In this document: positions 11,161 through 24,178 of the stretch, one piece after another
How the letters are laid out: each line of letters begins with the position of its first letter
Numbering within the stretch: the first letter of the stretch is position 1
Origin: Oopsacas minuta
Taxonomy: Eukaryota; Animalia; Porifera
Assembly: GCA_024704765.1 (NCBI GenBank)
Contig: JAKMXF010000144.1
Coordinates: 372,001 to 436,000, forward strand
Reading direction: 5' to 3'
Length of the DNA stretch: 64,000 nt
Made by a program: the position numbers and the translations under genes
Notes under the pieces: model-generated
Databases searched by the model: none
Told to the model about the DNA's origin: nothing
Seen by the model: the letters and a program-made list of their open reading frames with translations, nothing else

Positions 11161-12216
11161 TCACGAAAATATTGATTCTACGGCTGTAGTAGCGTCCCAG
11201 TTGTAGTGTGATAAAGCACGGACGGCATCTAGCTACAAATACATTAAATGTATGGATGTATGAATCCATGGTCCAGTAATATTATAAGACATAAATAATT
11301 ATAAGTTTGAATAACTGTGTTATAATTACCGATTGTATCCCCATGTCACAGAGACTTTTTACTTTCTGTCTCAGATCTGCAGAATAGCTTGATGGATTCC
11401 CTAATAATGCAAATCAAAATAAACCTCAAATTCTTTACGTTGCTATAGTAACTTACCCCCTGCGAAGAATTCAGCCCAGAACTTGGCTGTCATGTGATAT
11501 ATCTCAGGTGTCTCCTTATACTACAAAGATGAACAAATAATAATACAAATAATTACTATACCTATACGAATAAAACTCACTTGTTTAGCTACAACAGCAT
11601 CTTGTGGGTCGTCTGGCTCAGCTGACGCCAGCAATGCCTATACCAAATATTCATCCATCATTTATTGTTATATAAAATGCTATGTAAATGTATACCTGAA
11701 TTGATAACAACACGGTTCTTAGAGTCATGGCAGCTGCCCTATACAAATACATGTAAACTATAACAGATATACTGTAGGTTATGTGTTAAATAACCTTACC
11801 ATTGGTCCTTGAGAATGTCTAGGCAGATTGCTCCTGTTGCCGAGCTGATATTCGGATGCCATATCTTGGTAGCGAATTTAACCTTAGGAGGATTGAAAGG
11901 GTAACTGTCTGGAATCAGAATATCCAAAATAAATGTTGCACCTGTAAACAAACAAACAAGTAAACAATTTAGAAACTCTTTTCCACGTGATGTTACCTTC
12001 AAACGGAGTATCTGGGGGACCCTTTATCTCTCCTTGTAGATGTTTTAGATTCTCTGCTACCATTTCTAACTTTATTTGAGAGTTCTCTGCCTACACAAAT
12101 GAATTAGTACAATGCTTGACAAGATTAATTATCAGGCTTATAACCTAAATTACCTCAGAACTTGTGACGACTTCTTTGAATTCACGTTTTACCCGTTGGA
12201 TAGCTAAACTCGCCAT
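11161..12216 (-). CDS. UBE2K: Ubiquitin-conjugating enzyme E2 K (UBC + UBA), multi-exon
   Basis: Exons encode [73 protein letters not shown] and the UBA end [22 protein letters not shown]. Confidence 0.92.
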
Positions 12217-12390
12217 TAATAACACCTAGCTACTACCACAATGTATAAATACGATTAAAAATAAAGTCAACTCACATCAAATACAGTGGAACACCAACTG
12301 TAAATGCAAATTAGCGTCCATAAACAAAGCGAAGTGAATCTTTAATTTTCTTGGTTAATACTAAAATATCAAATTTTTACTAAGAATATA

Positions 12391-15300
12391 TCAAATGGAA
12401 TTAGAATTAGAATCCTGTATGAGTTTGTTGTTTACAAAATCCCTCGCATTCTCCATCACTCTATTCACATCTTCATCACTGCCGTAACTCTGCTCAAATG
12501 TCAAATATTTCTTGTAAAAAGATTTCATTTTGTTAACCGACAAATTGAGAGTTGTCCCTCTCTCGCAGACCTCTCTTACACTATCAGGAGTATCGTATTT
12601 TGTTAGAGTATCAATATAGACAAACCAAATATCCAGACGTTTAGGGTGGTTACTCAGAAGAGTCTCGAATATCGTCCTACCCCTCTCCCCATCTCCATGT
12701 TTAAACTCAAATTGTCCGAATTTTGACATTATTTCAACATGAAACTTATCTGCCAATTTTTGTAAGGCATTTTCACACAATTTTCTTGCTTCATCAATTC
12801 TACCAGATTGCATTAACAGTTGTCCGTACTCCTTCCATACACGAGGATTAAGCTTAAACTTGCGAGTCATTGTCGCATAAATATCTTGTGCTTGCTTTAG
12901 CTTGTTTGAATTAATATATATTTGTGCAAGTTTGAAGTAGAGAGTCTCTGGATCATTCTCTCTCAATCCCTCTTGGAATAGAGTCATCAGTAAGCTTTGT
13001 GTTCCGTAAATATTCTCCAAATTGAGGAGAGAAATCCACACATTTAGCTTCTCTTCTTCCAAACGGAAGTTGATAGTCTCCAGCGCCTTCTTCCCGATTT
13101 CTCTCGCTTTGTCCACATTAGCTAGATGCAGGTGAAATGCTATATACTGTATCCAGAGGTAGGAAGAGTTAGGATTCGCTAACAGGAGTCTGTCAAAGTC
13201 TTCTGCACAATCAGGCTGTCTGTTAGGATCTAAGAGGCTCTGTTCAGCTCTATAAATACTCTCTTCTTCTTTCCGCTTAGCTGCTCTCTTTTGTCTTTTT
13301 GTTTTCTTCTTTACAACTTGTCCTTCTTCTGACGTATCAGATTCTGAGCTGGCGTCCTTATCATCGTTTCTTGACTTGTCCCATTCCCATTGGAAGCCCC
13401 CTGTCCCATCTAGTCGGGGGAGAGGATTTGAATCAACATGTCTTCGCTTCTTTTTAACTGAACTATTGATCTTCTGTGTACCCATTGGTACCGATTGTAT
13501 TTCTTCAACATCCAATTCTGTCATTTCGATATCTTCATCTGAATTCGACTGATCCATTGACTCTATAGTGTTCCTAACTTTAGTGACGTCACTGATATCT
13601 TCATCTCCTGAATCGTTATGTTCCATTCCTCCTCCGTTTCTTAGTCTCATTTCTTTTATTTTCTTGTTTTTATCTGGTTTTCCTTTCTGTGCACAGATGA
13701 GAGCGAATTTTTCAGGATTCGTATGAGAGAGACGTAGTGATAAATCTACATTTCCGTTCTCTGGGTCGATATTCAGCACTTTACACTTAACCAATTTCCC
13801 AACAGGAAATCGATCCTTATATTTTTCTAATAAACTGATCACTCATGTTCTTAATTCTAACTCTACCAGTTATTGTCCTGCTCAATTTTACAAACACTCC
13901 AACATCAGTAGCAGCCTTCACGAATCCGCGTATTATTTCACCCTTCGTTAGATCGTGTATAGAGTTTACCACACGGTTCTTGACAACAGGATCCGTCATT
14001 AGGAATTCACCAATACAGCTCTCACGTGTTGACATAATTATCTTATCTTCAATAGCAATTACCTTAGCTTGTAACAGCTGTTTATCTGCAAAACCATCTG
14101 TCATATCTTTAGAATAAGAATCACATATATCCGTTACTTCTATCCTTGCTGTCTCACCAAATGGTAGACTCACTATAAGTGCTTGATTTGAGTATACATG
14201 TGTTACTTGTACACATACAATAGTCCCTATTTCTATTGGATGTTTGGAGATGAGTGTGCCTGTTGATTTTCTTCCTTTCTTTTGCTTTTTAATTAATTCT
14301 ACTTTCACAGTTTGTCCGAGTTTGAAGTGTTTGTCTAAATTTCTCAGCACATTAATATCTTGATTGCATAGCAACAGAGGTATGTATAGCGATCTGCTAG
14401 ATCCTATGCTGATAACAAGATTGCTATTAGGCCAGATTTCCTCCACACACCCGTAGCATGAATCACCGATATTATCTAATTGCAATCTCGGAATGCTCTC
14501 TACACTTACTGACATTTTGCTTGTACGCATAGTCATGTCTAATACTGTATATTCTCTCTTGAGAAGATTATCAGTTAGCTTAAGAGACTTAGAAACAACT
14601 CTAGCTCTTACGGTCTCTCCTTTCTGGAATGTTTTTGTTGGAAATTTCCCCTCAATTGGATTATCAGATATTTCGCTAGCTAAGATCCTCCCTGAATAAG
14701 CCCCAACTCGAACTTTCAGCATTAGTGCATGGACTTCTTTAACCTACCAGAAGAAGAACAATTAGATACTTCGTAAGTACAGATAAATTTGTTTGTTTTT
14801 TTTTGTATTAATATATCTCCAGCATTTTGACTGAGTATATTACGTTATTAATTAGCAATAAGAAGATTGAGGTAATTCTATACTTGATATTTCAGTGGTT
14901 TGATAACTAAGTTAGTACATACCTGTGCTGTGACGATAGAACCGATATTCACGTCTTCTCTATCTCTAACTAACCGCTTTTTCTGTGTGCTAGAGAGTTG
15001 AGAACCCTCCATTAGCAGGCCTAGCGCTATTCCCATACTATCACTGTACAGTATGTCATTCAGTATAACCACGTTAACTCGCTTGTTCATGTATTGTTCT
15101 AGAATATTCTGGAAGCTTTTTGTACTCAATGCTACTTCTCGTATAATATACACTAATCTAGGACCGTGTAGTGTAGCAACAAGACCTACCATATACTTAG
15201 GCAGCACTAATTCTATCCTAGCCTGTACTGAACTACCTACAGCTAGCTCGGATATAAGAACTCCTTCTGTAGAGTACGATTCAACTAGACTCTCATTTAA

Positions 15301-18167
15301 ACTAACATACACTATCATAGGACAAGCAGATACCCCTAGGATACAAGATGAGTATGTTTCACCCACACTTAACTCTGTAGCCTCTAGACCAACTACAGTA
15401 GCATTAATCCCAGAGGATAGCGATACGATGGTACCCTCCTTCCCCATCTCTGCTAGAGCACAACTTACTATCTGTCCTGGAATATAGCAGGACAAAATAT
15501 CTATAACTGACAATTCCTTGAGCAAGGTGTCACGTGTAGAGAGATATGACACAAACCATTTCCCCAGATAATTAATACTCTCTACATCAGGAGGATTTTG
15601 AGATTTAACATCAGAATCCCGTGACGATACTACAAACCTTCCTTCCTCAGTTACTTCCATTACCTTAGTCAATACACTGTCACCCACGGTCAGTATACCA
15701 ACAGGAGAATCTACAAACTCATCACGGATGAATCTATTGGGTAGGAGGCCAGTGGTATCCCCTGGATACCCAATAATGAACCCGTACTTTTCTACTCTCT
15801 TCACTACACCGTGAATTAATACCCCCGTTTCTATCTCACTAGCATTATTTATCATGACGTCACTGGTTATATCTCTAGCTATACCCTCCTTAAGAGATGC
15901 TATACATACGTTACCACTGAATGACTGTGTGTATACGTATAGATCTGGTATAACCAGCTGAGCATTAGCCTTCAGCTGTTTCTCTAATGATTTGTATCTC
16001 AGCTGTTGAATATCTTTATAGTCAGATAGATGGTAAATAGATAGAGCAGCTCTCTCATTAGTATTACTATTGTATAGCTCTAAACCATTTGGAGATATAC
16101 CACCTACTGTAAGTGAAACCTGTGTGAAATTCTCAAGATAATCTGCATTCTCTTGTACAGGATCAGTTGCTAAGGAGAGCTCTAGCTTTTGATCAGCTGG
16201 CTCACAGCTGACAACACAGCACTCTACAACTTGTCCCTCACAAAAGAGATCTGATATAGCTTGTAATGGCATCAGCTGTAGCTTAGATTTGTGTAGAATT
16301 CCTCTCACTTCTTGGTAGAATCTAACAATACAACCGAACTCTCTTACTCCAGCTATAAACCCGTGATATGTATGTCCCACCACAGCATTTGTATACTCAG
16401 ATAGAACAGGGAGAGTCGAAGTAACGATGCTCTTCTTATGGGTTAAAGTTATTCTCTGTTTAGACTCTATCTATAAATAATAATTCTTTATTTATTTATT
16501 TATTTGATTCTAATAAACATGTTTACCTTTAACACTCTGAATGTGTCCTCACAGCCTTCTTGTAGTTTCTTTTGTTTGGATTTTGATTGGTTCTTTCTCT
16601 CAGAAAAGTGTCCTTTAGGACAATACCCCTTAACATGAGGAGAGAGACTAACCAACAGTCCCTTCTCAGATCTAGACACGATCTTACCCTGTACAATATC
16701 CCCCACTTTAACAAATTTGAAGTTTAAGAACTTCTCTTCAATAACAGAAGCCCTTAGGCTGACTACAGTCAATTCATCTAGTGCATTATATGATATAACA
16801 CGGGATTTATGTGTGGTACCCTTTCTGTGAGATTTATCGGGTTTGCTAAGAAATTCATCTGAAATATTCTGCAGAGGACAGTACCCTACAAGGGTATCCC
16901 TCAGCTGTAGGAATAGTCCCCTCGTCTCTGATCGGACTATTTCTGAATCCTCAAATATCTCTCCTACTTCAAATTCATCTATCAAAAGATCAAATTTACG
17001 ATAAACATTAATTAGAATAATTCGTAGCGTACAGTACGGAAGTTGACCGTATATTCACCTGGAGCTGTTATATCACATTGTAATAAAGATTTCTTGAGAG
17101 AAACTCCAATCTGCTTCTCTTCCTGTCTCACCCATATAACTCTCCCCTTAACAGTTTTCATATTGTACCTCTCCAGTCCATCCGACACCCTCTTAAGGTG
17201 TGGTGGAGCACAAGATGCAGTGTACCCTCCTGTTATTTCTAAGATAAGAGAGCTGTCTAACACATTAGTTACTCTACACTCCACTGATTGAAAAGGTACG
17301 ATGTTATCGAATGAGGTTATTAGAGAGGGAGCTGCGGATTTTATTTTGTCTGAGTCAATTGAGACAGGGACAGCTCTTGTTCCACCACTCTCCACATGGC
17401 AGAGCAACACCCGTCCTACACTGAGAGATTGTCCTTCATTATGAGTTTGTATAAATGTCTTAGCACGTTTATTTAGAAGAAACCCAACTCTTCCCTCTAC
17501 ACCAAACGAGATCTGGTATCCATGGTCCTCTTTAGCTGTAATTACACCAGATATTGTCATACCAGTTTGAATAGCAGAGGTGGAGACACGTTTGTTCACA
17601 AGCACAGGGTCGCATGTTAGACCTAAAGAGCCCTTACCGACCTACAGAATCACATAACAATTTAATATAAATCAGCTGTCCATTGAAGTTCGATAAAACA
17701 GGAGTTGACTCTATAATTATTACCTGTTTAACTCGACAAACTACGAACTGTCCTTTATGGAACAGATTATGTATGGATTTTTCTGAGTCATGTTCTAGAA
17801 TATTCTGAGACAAAACAGCTGATATATCGGTTATATCAATCCGACCAATCAGATTATACGGTAGAGACACTAATGCCACAATTTCCTGTATTTCTTTAAT
17901 CACACCCAATAAAATTGTATCTTCTGCCACATTTTTATGATTAATCCATCCAGGAATTCTTCGTTTCTCAATAACCAGCTGTTTAGCTGGAGTAGAATAT
18001 GTATTTTTGTTTGATTTAATTTTTATTGTTTTCCTCTTTTTGTTGGTAGATTGGTCATCCTTGTCAGAACTTTTGAAAATACTTTCATTCTGATCTCTTC
18101 GCCTTTTTCTTTGCGGCAATTTTATCTGTTCGCCCCCACGAGGAAAGTCAATCATATTCGTAGCCAT
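12391..18167 (-). CDS. PDCD11: RRP5/PDCD11 (S1 repeats + C-terminal HAT repeats), multi-exon
   Basis: N-terminal DFPRGG, serial S1 domains across ORFs 17634-18167, 17012-17605, 16500-16985, 14878-16383 and 13817-14722, and HAT region (DFDRLLLANPNSSYLWIQYIAFHL). Confidence 0.95.
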
Positions 18168-18488
18168 TTGTGGTAATATTGAATGATTAAGGTTTAACCC
18201 AGTTCATATAATACTAATATTAATTAGAACACAAAATACGTAACCTGAACAATATTGAACTTTGATATTGGTAAGCTCTCTAATGAGAAATTGAAAGTAA
18301 TTGGAATCAAATTTTCTAAGAAGTAAACCAAATTATCAAAAGATTAATTCAAAAATAGTCAGCACTTAAAATAGAATACCCAAATATATCACAAAATTGA
18401 TGACGCTATACTGAGGCCCATAGCTATATGTTCAATATTATACGCTCACATCATGTGCCCTCCATAACGTGCTATGTACCATCTCTAC

Positions 18489-19283
18489 TCAGCTACTGTG
18501 CTCTTCGTACGTAGCAATGTGTATTAAATTAGAAACTTCCATCACTTGCAGTTTCATCGTAGACGGACTCAGCCCGTTAATAGCTACACTCACTATGTGA
18601 TTAGCATCGATATAACTCTCTTCAAACAGCCAATCATATTGTAGAGTCAGGTACGTAGAGACACGAGTACTAGTTTGAACATTTTCAAGGGTTAGAGGAG
18701 AAAAATTGGAGAAGTCTAGAAATTGTAGATCAAGTGAAATACCCTGTCCAGTAGCTTTTAGATAACTTTCCTTCAAGGTCCATAATCTGTAAAAATTAGT
18801 TAGTTTCATGTGCTGATCAATTGCAGAGTTGATATAACTCCATTCACTGGGTGTGAACAGCTTCCTCATAGTGTGAAAAAACTCTTCTACCGTTTTGTTA
18901 GATCTCGGTAGCTCAATCTTCATAACATCAATCCCAACATTACTACCATCTTCAGCAGCAAGTACTACATAATCTCCTTGATGAGAAATATTGAAGTTAT
19001 AACCAGAAGCATTAGGGTATTTAGAAATAAATTCTTCAGTGAGACAAGGCTTGCCTTTGCTTGTGCGAGACAGCTCGATTTTATCCCAAGGTACCCGTAA
19101 TCCGTTACAAATAGCAGCTCGGATAGATAGCCTACCTACCAGAGCTCGCTTCCGATCATCTAGAAATACAAACTTAGATATTCTGTCTAATTCAGTCCTG
19201 CTGATTAGAGATATTGCTCTCTTCCATTCTTCATCAGTAGGGTTCCATAATCTAATGTTAAATGCCCATCGATATCTACTCAT
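18489..19283 (-). CDS. AASDHPPT: 4'-phosphopantetheinyl transferase (Sfp-type)
   Basis: RTSKGKP, FNISHQGDYVV, VGIDVM and FYRLWTLKESYLKATGQG motifs. Confidence 0.95.
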   Translation of the reverse strand: MSRYRWAFNIRLWNPTDEEWKRAISLISRTELDRISKFVFLDDRKRALVGRLSIRAAICNGLRVPWDKIELSRTSKGKPCLTEEFISKYPNASGYNFNISHQGDYVVLAAEDGSNVGIDVMKIELPRSNKTVEEFFHTMRKLFTPSEWSYINSAIDQHMKLTNFYRLWTLKESYLKATGQGISLDLQFLDFSNFSPLTLENVQTSTRVSTYLTLQYDWLFEESYIDANHIVSVAINGLSPSTMKLQVMEVSNLIHIATYEEHSS

Positions 19284-20210
19284 ATCCTTACAAAGTTCTG
19301 TTTAATCGATCCTACAACTACCCTCTCCTCCCAACATATATTACCTGAGAAATGATAATTTATTGAAAGATTCCATAATTGATTCCAAATGTACATTCGA
19401 TAGTAAACAAATCTAATAATATAGAAAACTCATTTCCTAATTCTGTAATAATGGTAGAGACTTTCTTAATGGATCGAGAATCTCCTAAAGGGAACAAGAT
19501 AAATGAGGACTGATTAATTTATACGAATTCTCTGTCATAGAGTGTTTTTATACTAATACTTATCAGTCTCTTCAATGATTTGTTAATTGATTAGAGCTAG
19601 TAAACACGACACAAACATGACAAAAATATCCGGTCCAGAATTTCATTTGATTTGTTATATTACAGTATGCAGCAAGATTTCTGTTGTAAAACAGTATCGT
19701 GATGGACTCGTGCCATGTCGAGAATATATGTACATGATAATTAAACTTCCCCATTGTGTCGCATTGATACACAACGCAGTGCTCTACATTACTTAGATTA
19801 TTAAGAGTTGGTTGATGCACGAATTAGGGAGAGTACAAAAGTCTCTCATCTTTCTAAACTGGATATATTCATCGACAAAAATATGTAATGTCTCAGCACC
19901 AAAAGTGCCAGATTCCAATTCCCAATTTAAATAAGCACAAATCCACAATATGGCTACATTCAGACATGTGGAGACAATGACTTCCTTAATTGAATTCCAC
20001 CCTTGCATATTTATTGATATAATAGCTGGCAATAGAATCTGTTGTACAACTTAGCTATGACAATTCACACAAGTGTTTGTGATATAATATTACAATTCTA
20101 ATAAATACCTTATTAACAGAGGTCAATAATTGAATAATTATCCTTACAAATCAAAAGACACACTCACGCTAGATGGTACAGATATATCCAAATATTTCCC
20201 AAATATTTAT

Positions 20211-20287
20211 CATAGTTATCTCTTACAAATTATGAAAGTCTCACATTAATACAAAGAGACTTTCATAATTCGTAAGAGATGAGTATG
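20211..20287. other. Near-perfect intergenic inverted repeat (hairpin)
   Basis: ATCTCTTACAAATTATGAAAGTCTC (20218-20242), 13-nt loop, GAGACTTTCATAATTCGTAAGAGAT (20256-20280): 25 bp with one mismatch, extendable by about 7 imperfect pairs. Confidence 0.85.
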
Positions 20288-20780
20288 CGATGCTAACATC
20301 ATGATGGAGCTCTCAAAGTACGCCCATACCCAACCGGCAGTATGCAAATAATTATGAGTTACACGAAATGAAAATGCATAAAATACTTCTCAGACCATGA
20401 CTTGTCTATGCTAGATGTATAATTATGTTTACACAATAGTTCTCTAGTCGCTACGTACTTGTGTTGTCATAACAGATAATTATATTATACATATTGAATC
20501 AATATTGAGTCGATGATGCTTAAAATTAAAAATAGTGTTTTCCTACACGAATCACTAATAAATATTTCATAAATACGTATAAATGAACTTAACAATATCA
20601 CGTATCATGCAGTAGGTGTCAATTTGTTGTAATGATAGTATACTTAACATTAGAACTTTGGTAGTCAAAAACCCAAAAACCAAAATATGATTCTTCTGGA
20701 TTTGCAAAAATATTCTTTTTTGAAAATAAGAATTGTTGAGACGAAAGTTTATTTCGGATAGAAATATTGAGAAAGTATTT

Positions 20781-21157
20781 GTATATATCATGGCTGTATA
20801 TATCATGGCTGTATATATCATGGCTGTATATATCATGGCTGTATATATCATGGCTGTATATATTATGGCTGTATATATTATGGCTGTATATATCATGGCT
20901 GTATATATCATGGCTGTATATATCATGGCTGTATATATCATGGCTGTATATATTATGGCTGTATATATATGGCTGTATATATCATGGCTGTATATATCAT
21001 GGCTGTATATATCATGGCTGTATATATTATGGCTGTATATATCATGGCTGTATATATCATGGCTGTATATATTATGGCTGTATATATCATGGCTGTATAT
21101 ATCATGGCTGTATATATTATGGCTGTATATATCATGGCTGTATATATCATGGTTGTA
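20781..21157. repeat. 15-bp minisatellite GTATATAT(C/T)ATGGCT, about 25 copies
   Basis: Direct reading; one 14-bp unit near 20960 shifts the phase, which explains the frame changes in the spurious MAVYI/WLYIS ORFs. Confidence 0.95.
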
Positions 21158-21302
21158 TTCCTGGAGATTCGTGGAATTTGTCAAAATTAGCAATGATCAT
21201 GATTACGCTTAATCTGTTCAAAATGGTCAGCTCCTGATGTGACACCATTAAGCAGTCTGCTGTGTATTATTGTATATAAATTACTTTTTGATAGCTTTTG
21301 AC

Positions 21303-23415
21303 TCTAATCCTCATCTTCTGTCCTCTCTCCCTCTGTTCTTTGGTTAAGTCTTTCCTCCTTGATATATCTGGATATTTTTTCCTCGATCTATATTGATAAA
21401 TATTCAAAATTTCTGAATAGATGAAGACATCCTAACCAGGTCTGCCAGTATGATTTTAATATATTGAAGGTTAATAGTTCATAAGAGCGTAATTCTAGCG
21501 TATATTTTGTAGGTAAGAATTGACAACTCATGAGATTTACACAAGTAACATATCAACAGATTATAATTTACCAAATTTTGAACTGAAACGAAAGCGATTT
21601 GATATAACATTTCATTTGCAAATTTACTACCTTGTCAGGTTACATATGGGAAATAATAAAAACACTGAATTGGTTATTTCCAATGATGAATAGAGAATAA
21701 AGATTAAAATAATATTACTAACTCTACAAATCTGACGTCATAATTCATCTTAAAACCATTGACGTAAACCAATCACTAATACGCGAATAGTTTATATAAT
21801 ACGAATATTAACAAAGATTTTGGTTCCTGCCTTATTTGAGTATCTAAATACATCAAACAAATCCACAATGTGTCTCTTAAAATTGAATATTGCACCATAT
21901 ATGTTACATAATAGATCAGCTCACAAGCCTGCGTTTATGGAGGTAAAGTGTGCGTGGTGACGAATCACACAATTCCTATGAATACGATAATGAATAATTA
22001 TAACTACAAATATAATTACCTTATTACGACAAGTGGTCAAATCTATACAGAAATATGAGCTTTGATTACAATTAATTATAATTCGGAACTAAAATAACGT
22101 AGCACATATGACAAGATTATTCTATACTTTATTAAGATAATTTGGTAATTACGTTAATTCAGATAATAGTAGACATAATTCTACGTAAATAGGAATGGTA
22201 TTAGAACTAAAAACTTATCCTCTGATTATGAAAAAGTAACACATGTTATGAAAGTATTATGTATTTGTAGAGACACAATTGGTAGTATTTTTAGTTTATG
22301 CTTATAACTACAAAATATATTACAAATGTTTTGTTATAATCTGAGAACCTTTCAGGGATCAACATAAACAGATTGTAACAAATTGGAGTTCATTATCGCC
22401 TCCAAGAGTGGGTCAAGAGTTCATTATTACAATAATTATCAAGTTTACTAGAAGCTAGTGTGTTGCTTCTGACACAATAATAAACAAAATAATATCTACT
22501 GAGTAATTATAATTCTCAGTAATATGTGGAATACTCACAAATAGTCTGAATTAGACTAGCTTTAATTACGTAGAATGAATCAAATTGATTGAGGATGTTA
22601 ACTCATGTAAATATTCATAAGATTTGATACAAATAGAGATTACAAAGTAAGTCGGCGGTTAGAGTAACAATTTTAATTCACAATAACAATATTTGGAGAA
22701 ATACAGTGATCACAAGATTAAAATCAGCTGATGGAACACTATTAGGATTCTGATGAAGATCTTATCAAAGATTATATGTAGTGATGCTGTCCGTATTTCT
22801 ATCTGTTTAATTATTTCAAATTCTATTAACTGGGTTAACACCTTTTTCCGTTTAATCGGGTCAAAATGGCCTGGCCCCAATGTGACCCTGTTACGAGGAG
22901 TTTAATGTATTAGACTTTCTAATAAGGACTTACCTTTTATTCTGAGATTGTATTTCCTCTTTCGTCAACTTTTTCCTGAAAGGGATGAAACTTCCTGTTG
23001 TACAATTATTCTTATCTAGAAACAGGAAATATTTAAATACAGTATACTCAGTAATATCATGCATGGAGAGGATTACGAAGGCTGTTTCAATCATTAATTA
23101 TCTTAAATATAATGTCAAATATTGCAAGAGTAAATATAACGAAACTATATTACATTACGTAAGGCTGAAGTCAGCTTTGTGAAACGTAAATAAACGAATA
23201 TTGTGTAAGTTCAACTCGCGTGTAAGTTGCTACCACATTATCTACCTGATCATATCCTACGTATTATATTAATTGTCAATAATCATAGATTTGGACGTAT
23301 CGTATTTCCCTGAATAAGCGCCAGGGCTAGAAAAATAGCTACAAACCTGTGAATAAATTTTATCACCATCCTCAAGGACAATATTCTCGTTGAAATTAAC
23401 GTCACTTTTGGCCAT
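21303..23415 (-). other. Possible fragments of a small unannotated multi-exon gene
   Basis: First-exon-like tag|cATG-AKSDVNFNENIVLEDGDKIYSQ|GTTTGT near 23415, an internal donor AG|GTAAGT near 22933, and last-exon-like atatag|IEEKISRYIKEERLNQRTEGERTEDED* near 21390-21303. A complete model could not be built. Confidence 0.3.
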
Positions 23416-24178
23416 GCTATAAATTAGAAAAATTTGATTCACAAAATCTTTTGGATTCTCGAAAATTAATAAAATATTTGGAGGATGCAATGCCGACAAA
23501 AAACAAAAAAATTCATAGAGAAAAACGATACTTTAAAAATTAATGATTGCATATAGGTAAGTTAGCGTATCAGAGGTGAAAATGTCATAAACCTTCTGAG
23601 AAAATTTCTACGCGTATGTTTTGCTTACAATCCAAGGAGGTACATAAATTCAAATAAGTCAGATTACAAATATTTGTACAAAATAGCTCTAACATAAAGT
23701 TACTGAAGATCTACAGGAGTAAAAATAAATTTACAGAAACAACAGTAAAGACATTTACATTGCCAAATACGAAACAAATCTATTAATCCAGGCGCCAATG
23801 ATACAATAATCAAATTATTAATTATTCAAACAAGTAGTGATATACCCTGAACTCTCAAAAGGATTCCAAGGAAAAAATTTGATGAGTTGTGTTAGACATT
23901 AATTATGATAGAAACGACATATATTTTGTAGTCAGTATTCTATCAGCTTCCATGTGAACAATTGTTTACAGATCAGTTTATACAAGCAATTGTGAAACAT
24001 AATGTCTACATATCATGCTCACAATTAGGTTGCTAGGGTACACCTCCCCCCATTTCTAAAATAAAATGAGTATAGATTGATTCGAGTTTATTTGCTGCGT
24101 TCGTAAAGCATGCATGCATAGCGTACATGTTGCATAATGTGAATGGAATATAATGTTATTAATATTATACATTATAAT

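Noticed and set aside
10677-11269. ORFs 10880-11269 and 10677-10865 as membrane proteins
   Set aside because: The top of this region is the last UBE2K exon read in another frame (stop at 11161); the rest is most simply 3'UTR or intergenic.
12284-12301. TA-CAGTGGAACACCAACTG-TA as a transposon footprint
   Set aside because: Too short to tell from chance.
20567-21237. Five ORFs (YSHDI, MAVYI, WLYIS, IYTAM, HGCIY repeats)
   Set aside because: These are by-products of a stop-free 15-bp minisatellite; they switch frame at the 14-bp unit and have no consistent start or domain.
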